Shown piece after piece: positions 59,521 through 64,000 of a DNA stretch of 64,000 nucleotides; position 1 is the stretch's first letter; each line of letters starts with the position of its first letter. Under the pieces are notes generated by a model. That model saw only the letters and a list, made by a program, of their open reading frames with translations. It searched no databases and was not told where the DNA came from. The stretch comes from an uncultured Gammaproteobacteria bacterium (GTDB taxonomy: Bacteria; Pseudomonadota; Gammaproteobacteria; Steroidobacterales; Rariloculaceae), in contig CAVUKQ010000015.1 in NCBI GenBank assembly GCA_963742115.1, forward strand, positions 265,457 through 329,456. The letters are read 5' to 3'. The position numbers were made by a program, and so were the translations under genes.

Positions 59521-62021
59521 ATCGGCTCCTGCGACGCGCGTCGGCACGCTTTTACTTGCGGCATCCGTGGCAGCTCGTGCTCGCGATAGCTGGGATCAGC
59601 CTCGGCGTTGCGGTGTACGTCGGCGTAGATCTCGCGAACGACGGCGCCGAACGTGCGTTCGAGCTCTCCGCAGCTGTGGTGCGCGGACAAGCGACGCATC
59701 GCTTGCTCCCGGTGCGCGACCAGCTCGACGAGACTGTCTACCGCGACCTCGTAACGCGACGCGGAATACGCGCGGCTCCGGTCGTGGAGCTCGAAGTCGG
59801 GATCACCGGCCGAACCGGCACGCGTTATCCATTGCTCGGCGTCGATCCACTCGAGGAGGCGGGGGTCCGCAGCTTTACGAGCTACGTCCCGGGCCGCGGT
59901 ACGAATCTCGCGCGGCTGATCGCGGAACCCGGCACGGTCCTGCTGCCGGCAGCGCTCGCGGACGAGCTCGGTGTCGCTCCAGGCGACACCATTTCGCTGT
60001 CCGTGCGTGGACGCGACGTGGCTGTTCGCGCGATCGGGACCGTTACGTCCGCGGCGCGGGACGCCGAAGCGGAGCCGCCGATCATCGCCGACATTGCGAC
60101 GGCACAAGAGCTGCTCGGCACGCCGGGGGCCATTAGCCGGATCGATTTGAATCTCTCGCCACGCGAAGCCGAGGAGCTACTACGTAACGCCCCTCGAGGC
60201 ACCGTGCTCGTGCCGGCAGAGAGTGAGAACCGCGCGTTTATCGAGCTCGCGGCCGCTTTCCGCACGAATCTGCAGGCGCTCGGGTTGCTCGCGCTCGTCG
60301 TCGGTATGTTCCTGATCTACAGCACCATGTCGTTCGCGATCGTCCAGCGGCGCACCACGCTCGGGGTGCTACGCGCGATCGGGCTCACACGACGAGAAGT
60401 GCTCGGCACGGTGCTCCTCGAAGCGCTCGGGCTCGGACTGATCGCCACTGCGATCGGACTCGTGCTCGGTCACTTGCTCGCCACGCGCTTGATCGAGCTC
60501 GTTCTGCGCACGATTGGCGATCTCTATTTCAGCTCGGCCGTCTCCGCAGCGCAGCCGTCGCCGACTCTGTACCTTCGGGGCGCCGTACTCGGCATCGCGG
60601 GCACTCTAGTCGCCGCCGCGAAGCCGGCGCTCGATGCCGCCCGTTCCGCTCCGGCTGCGGTGATGCGCCGCGCGGAGCTCGAGCGAGGAACGCGACGCGC
60701 GGCGCGCGCGCGCCGCCTGGGTCGCCGCGCCGCTGCTCGCGGCAAGCTTGGGCGTACTCGCAGTCGGACCGCGCAACCTCTACTCGGCTTTCGGCGGGTT
60801 GTTCGGCGTGCTTGCGGCCTCTGCGCTCATGATTCCCGCAGTGACGCTGCTTCTGATGAGCCTGATCGAGCGCTGCGTGGGGCGTTTTCTGCCCCTCGCG
60901 GGATTGCTCGCGCTGCGCGGCGTCGGTTCGTCGTTGAGTCGCACGGGCACGGCGACGGCCGCGCTCGCGGTCGCGGTCGCGACGGTGAACGGGGTCGGAT
61001 TGATGATCTCGAGCTTTCGCACGAGCTTGGCCGATTGGCTCGGTACCACGCTGACCGCCGACTTGTACGTGGGGTTCGACTCGGCGGCCCCGCTCAGTGA
61101 CGCGGAGCTCGCGCGGATCGCGAGTGTCGCGGGAGTGAAAGGCCTGAGCCTCACGCGGACGGTGCGCGTCCCGACGGCGGCCGGCGAGCTCGCCATCCGC
61201 GCGGTGCGGCCCGGTCCCGAGGGATGGGGACTCGAGATCGTCTCGGGAGATGCCACGCGGTCGCTCGAAGACCTTGCCTCGGGCCGCGGGGCCGTGGCCT
61301 CCGAGCGGTTTGCTTTCGCGCGCAACCTCGCACGTCGGGGACGTGCTCGCTGCTCCCGACGCCGGCCGGCGAGGAACGCCTGCCGATCCTAGGCACGTTT
61401 CGGGACTTCAACACCGGGGACTACTCGATCGTGGTGGCGCTGGACTGGTATCGGGCGCGTTGGGCGGACGATACGCTGACCGGACTCGGAGTCTATGTCG
61501 ACAAGGGTGTGGCGCCTGGGGCCGTCGAAGCGGGCATTCGGTCTGCCGTTCCCGGACCGCTGCGAATCCGCTCGACAGAGGGGATTCAGCGGATATCGCT
61601 GGAGATCTTCGATCGGACGTTTCAGATCACGGAGGTTTTGAGGATTCTCGCCGCGCTGGTGGCGTTTCTCGGCGTCTTGAGCGCGCTGCTGTCGATCGAG
61701 CTCGAGCGCGCCCATGAGCTCGCAGTCTTGCGGTCGCTCGGCTTCTCGCCGCGCGAGCTAACCACGACACTACTCGCGCAGACCGGCCTCCTCGGCGCGA
61801 CCGCCGGCCTCGCGGCCGTGCCGATCGGGACCGTATTGGCTGTCCTGCTAGTGCACGTGATCAATCGGCGCGCGTTCGGGTGGAGCATGGATTTCGTGAT
61901 TACGCCGGCACCCCTTGCAATGGGAGTCGCGCTTGCCGTGTTGGCGGCGCTGCTGGCCGGAATCTATCCGGCCTTGCGTGCAGCGAGAGTTGGGCTCGCG
62001 GGCGCGCTGCGCGAGGAGTGA
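59517..62021 (+). CDS. Large ABC permease with two FtsX-type modules (about 834 aa), three frameshifts in this sequence
   Basis: The reading path runs through ORF 59517..61100, then 60748..61392 (break at about 60708), then a short stretch in the third frame (break at about 61330: ...FARNL continues as HVGDVLA), then 61224..62021 (break at about 61352: LPTPAGEERLPILGTFRDF). FtsX motifs RRTTLGVLRAIGLTRREV and AHELAVLRSLGFSPREL. Confidence 0.8.
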
Positions 62022-62022
62022 T

Positions 62023-63174
62023 GTGATTCGCGCGATCTTGCTGACGGCGACTCTCACGGTGCTCGCGGCCTGCGGACGAGCGCCAGCGAACGTCGGCGGC
62101 GAATCGAACGCCGAGGGCGGAGCCCTCGCGGCAACGGGGATCCGCTTCCTCGGCGAGGGTGACGGGACCGGATTTGCGCGTGCGACGACGCGCCGGGACT
62201 TCTCCTTTCCCGCGGATCACGGCAGCCACGACGAGTTTCGGAGCGAGTGGTGGTATTTCACCGGCAACTTGGATGGCTCGGGCGGTGCGCACTTCGGTTT
62301 CGAGCTCACGTTCTTTCGAATTGCGTTGAGTCCGGCCGCCGCGGCGCGGGCTTCGGCGTGGGGAGCCAATCAGGTCTGGATGGCGCATTTCGCAGTGACG
62401 GACGTCGCGGGCAAGCGTTTCGCGACTGCCGAACGATTCGCGCGGGGCGCGCTCGGTCTTGCGGGCGCCGAGGCGGATCCGTTTCACGTGTGGGTCAAGG
62501 ATTGGTACGTCGAGGGCCTCGCGGACGCCACCGACGCCCACCTCACGGTCGAAGCGCGCAACGAAGGAATGGCGCTCGCCCTGAAGTTGGACGCCGCGAA
62601 GCCCCCGGTCGCGCATGGCGACCACGGGCTCGACGCGAAGGGACCCGAGCCGGGCAATGCGTCGTACTACTACTCGTTCCCGCGTCTGGCCGCGAGCGGC
62701 TCCGTGGAGCTAGACGGGGTTGCGACCGAGGTGAGCGGAACTGCGTGGATTGACCGCGAATGGTCGACGAGCGCGCTGAGCGCCGGGGTGGTCGGTTGGG
62801 ATTGGTTTGCGTTGCAGCTCTCGGATGGGCGCGAGCTCATGTACTACCGGCTCAGGGGAGCCGCGGGCGACACGAGTCCGTTCAGCGGCGGCTCGATTGT
62901 GGGTGTCGGGGGCGAGTCTCGGCATCTCCGCGCCGACGACGTGCTCCTAACGGCTCGCGATTATTGGCGCAGCGAGCGGACGGGTGTTCGCTATCCAGTC
63001 GCGTGGCAAATGGAGGTGCCGAGCGAGGACATCGCGCTGGAGGTCGTACCTTATATCGAGAATCAAGAGGTCGATCTTGCAGTGCGCTATTGGGAAGGGG
63101 CCGTGCACGCCGCCGGGAACGCGGGGAAGTCGCAGTTGACGGGCCGGGGCTATCTGGAGCTCGCGGGCTACTGA
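62023..63174 (+). CDS. Lipoprotein of the AttH / CrtC-like (lipocalin-like, hydroxyneurosporene-synthase-related) family
   Basis: A GTG start gives MIRAILLTATLTVLAAC (lipobox). Contains FSFPADHGSHDEFRSEWWYFTGNL, YYSFPRL, WIDREW and YWEGAV. The frame is intact. Confidence 0.7.
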   Translation: MIRAILLTATLTVLAACGRAPANVGGESNAEGGALAATGIRFLGEGDGTGFARATTRRDFSFPADHGSHDEFRSEWWYFTGNLDGSGGAHFGFELTFFRIALSPAAAARASAWGANQVWMAHFAVTDVAGKRFATAERFARGALGLAGAEADPFHVWVKDWYVEGLADATDAHLTVEARNEGMALALKLDAAKPPVAHGDHGLDAKGPEPGNASYYYSFPRLAASGSVELDGVATEVSGTAWIDREWSTSALSAGVVGWDWFALQLSDGRELMYYRLRGAAGDTSPFSGGSIVGVGGESRHLRADDVLLTARDYWRSERTGVRYPVAWQMEVPSEDIALEVVPYIENQEVDLAVRYWEGAVHAAGNAGKSQLTGRGYLELAGY

Positions 63175-63300
63175 GCTCCCCGCCCCGTGGGGCGCGCCCG
63201 TTTACATAACTGTATTCCGTTTGCGAATCAATTTGTTACAGTTACGACGCTGTCTCGCGACAGCAATAACAACAACTAGATACGAGAGCGGTCCACAAGG

Positions 63301-63561
63301 ATGATGGAACGACGCAAGACCCCACGGAAGGATTGGGTCGTCGGCAGAGACGACATCGGGCACTCCGTCCTGGAGTGGAAGATCGACAACTTGAGAACGC
63401 TGGGGCCGGAGCGCGATCCGTGCGCCCGCACTTACGATTTTCTCGAGCGGCTCGAAGTGGCCGATCTCGAGCTCGAGGACGACAGCAAATCGTCGCGGTC
63501 GCAGCACGGGCTGAACCCGTACGACAGCGGCAGATTTCAACGGCAGAAGTTCGAGCGCTAA
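63301..63561 (+). CDS. Small hypothetical protein (86 aa)
   Basis: An ORF in a locally lower-GC stretch with an AAGG Shine-Dalgarno-like element. It is charged and hydrophilic. No family recognised. Confidence 0.35.
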   Translation: MMERRKTPRKDWVVGRDDIGHSVLEWKIDNLRTLGPERDPCARTYDFLERLEVADLELEDDSKSSRSQHGLNPYDSGRFQRQKFER

Positions 63562-63584
63562 TTCGCGTCAGGACGCTCGCTGCA

Positions 63585-63620
63585 AAGAAAAACCCCCGGC
63601 CCTTCAACAGGACCGGGGGT
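63585..63620 (-). terminator. Rho-independent terminator of the rrn operon (could also serve the convergent small ORF)
   Basis: The minus strand reads ACCCCCGGTCC-tgttgaa-GGGCCGGGGG followed by TTTTTCTTT, about 10 nt after the 5S 3' end. Confidence 0.75.
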
Positions 63621-63630
63621 TCGCTTTAAG

Positions 63631-63749
63631 AGCCTGGCGATGACCTACTCTCGCGTGGCATAGCGCCACACTACCATCGGCGCAAGACGTTTTCACTTCC
63701 GAGTTCGGAATGGGATCGGGTGGTTCCCGTCCGCTATAGCCGCCAGGCA
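63631..63749 (-). rRNA. rrf: 5S ribosomal RNA
   Basis: The reverse complement TGCCTGGCGGCTATAGCGGACGGGAACCACCCGATCCCATTCCGAACTCGGAAGTGAAAACGTCTTGCGCCGATGGTAGTGTGG...GAGAGTAGGTCATCGCCAGGCT matches the bacterial 5S consensus throughout. Confidence 0.92.
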
Positions 63750-63875
63750 AACCGGTATGCGTTCTGGATCTCGGCCATGCCGGATCGCCGAACGCGCAAT
63801 TTGGAATGATCCGTCTTCGTCGCACTGGTCCAAACAATCCCCACATCGAGTGGGGCAAACTGTTTGGGTGTTATA

Positions 63876-64000
63876 TGGTCAAGCCTCACGGGCAATTAGT
63901 ACTGGTTAGCTTCATTCATTACTGAACTTCCACACCCAGCCTATCAACCTCGTAGTCTACGAGGGCCCTTTAGGAGGATCGAGTCCCCAGGGAAATCTAA
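63876..64000 (-). rRNA. rrl: 23S ribosomal RNA, 3' end only (continues beyond the window)
   Basis: The plus strand ...GGTCAAGCCTCACGGGCAATTAGTACTGGTTAGCT...CCTATCAACCTCGT... is the reverse complement of the conserved 23S 3' terminus (...ACCAGTACTAATTGCCCGTGAGGCTTGACC). Confidence 0.88.

Noticed and set aside
63604-63858. 84-aa ORF on the minus strand over 63604..63858, and other small ORFs in 63200-63630.
   Set aside because: They overlap the 5S rRNA gene and the 23S-5S spacer, so they are artefacts of ORF calling in rRNA sequence.
1-64000. Scan for CRISPR arrays, tandem repeats, insertion-sequence ends, transposases, toxin-antitoxin pairs or known defence genes.
   Set aside because: I saw no regularly spaced direct repeats and no proteins with recombinase, nuclease-helicase or toxin signatures. 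The only repetitive signals are low-complexity Ala/Pro/Gly coding tracts and short palindromes.

Overview
This is a 64 kb, visibly GC-rich bacterial chromosomal segment (I estimate high-60s % GC, not computed) with proteobacterial-type gene content. It is densely packed with about 70 genes on both strands. I found no transposases, integrases, phage genes, CRISPR arrays or recognisable defence genes.

Landmarks:
- Slt-type lytic transglycosylase at the 5' end.
- Two paralogous MacB/FtsX-type ABC export systems (3356-7979 and 58837-63174).
- An NfeD-SPFH membrane operon.
- argS, an orphan divergent EF-G paralog, and a birA-coaX-SPOR-plsY housekeeping block.
- A cobalamin riboswitch in front of a btuFCD-like importer.
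- One tRNA-Thr(UGU).
- At the 3' end, the terminator, 5S rRNA and 3' end of 23S rRNA of a minus-strand rrn operon.

The most striking sequence-level property is technical or biological damage. About 30 genes' worth of reading frames, including essential ones, are interrupted by single extra bases. Every case I could resolve is a net +1, and they are strongly concentrated in 46-62 kb. Many entries of the supplied ORF track are therefore halves of one gene, or high-GC shadow ORFs.

The most interesting biology I can support:
1. A roughly 1 kb non-coding hub (2295-3355) carries two near-identical sigma-54 (-24/-12) promoters pointing outward, one to a PspB-like gene and one to a four-gene ABC operon. 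It also carries a 21-codon ORF with a 13-nt perfect anti-16S Shine-Dalgarno and its own terminator.
2. A degenerate Ser/Thr-kinase-like protein is fused to a TM segment and a Calx-beta domain.
3. A secreted protein is built from three tandem SnoaL/NTF2-like modules and abuts a truncated HAD remnant.

I do not see a clear novel multi-gene defence or mobile system in this window.
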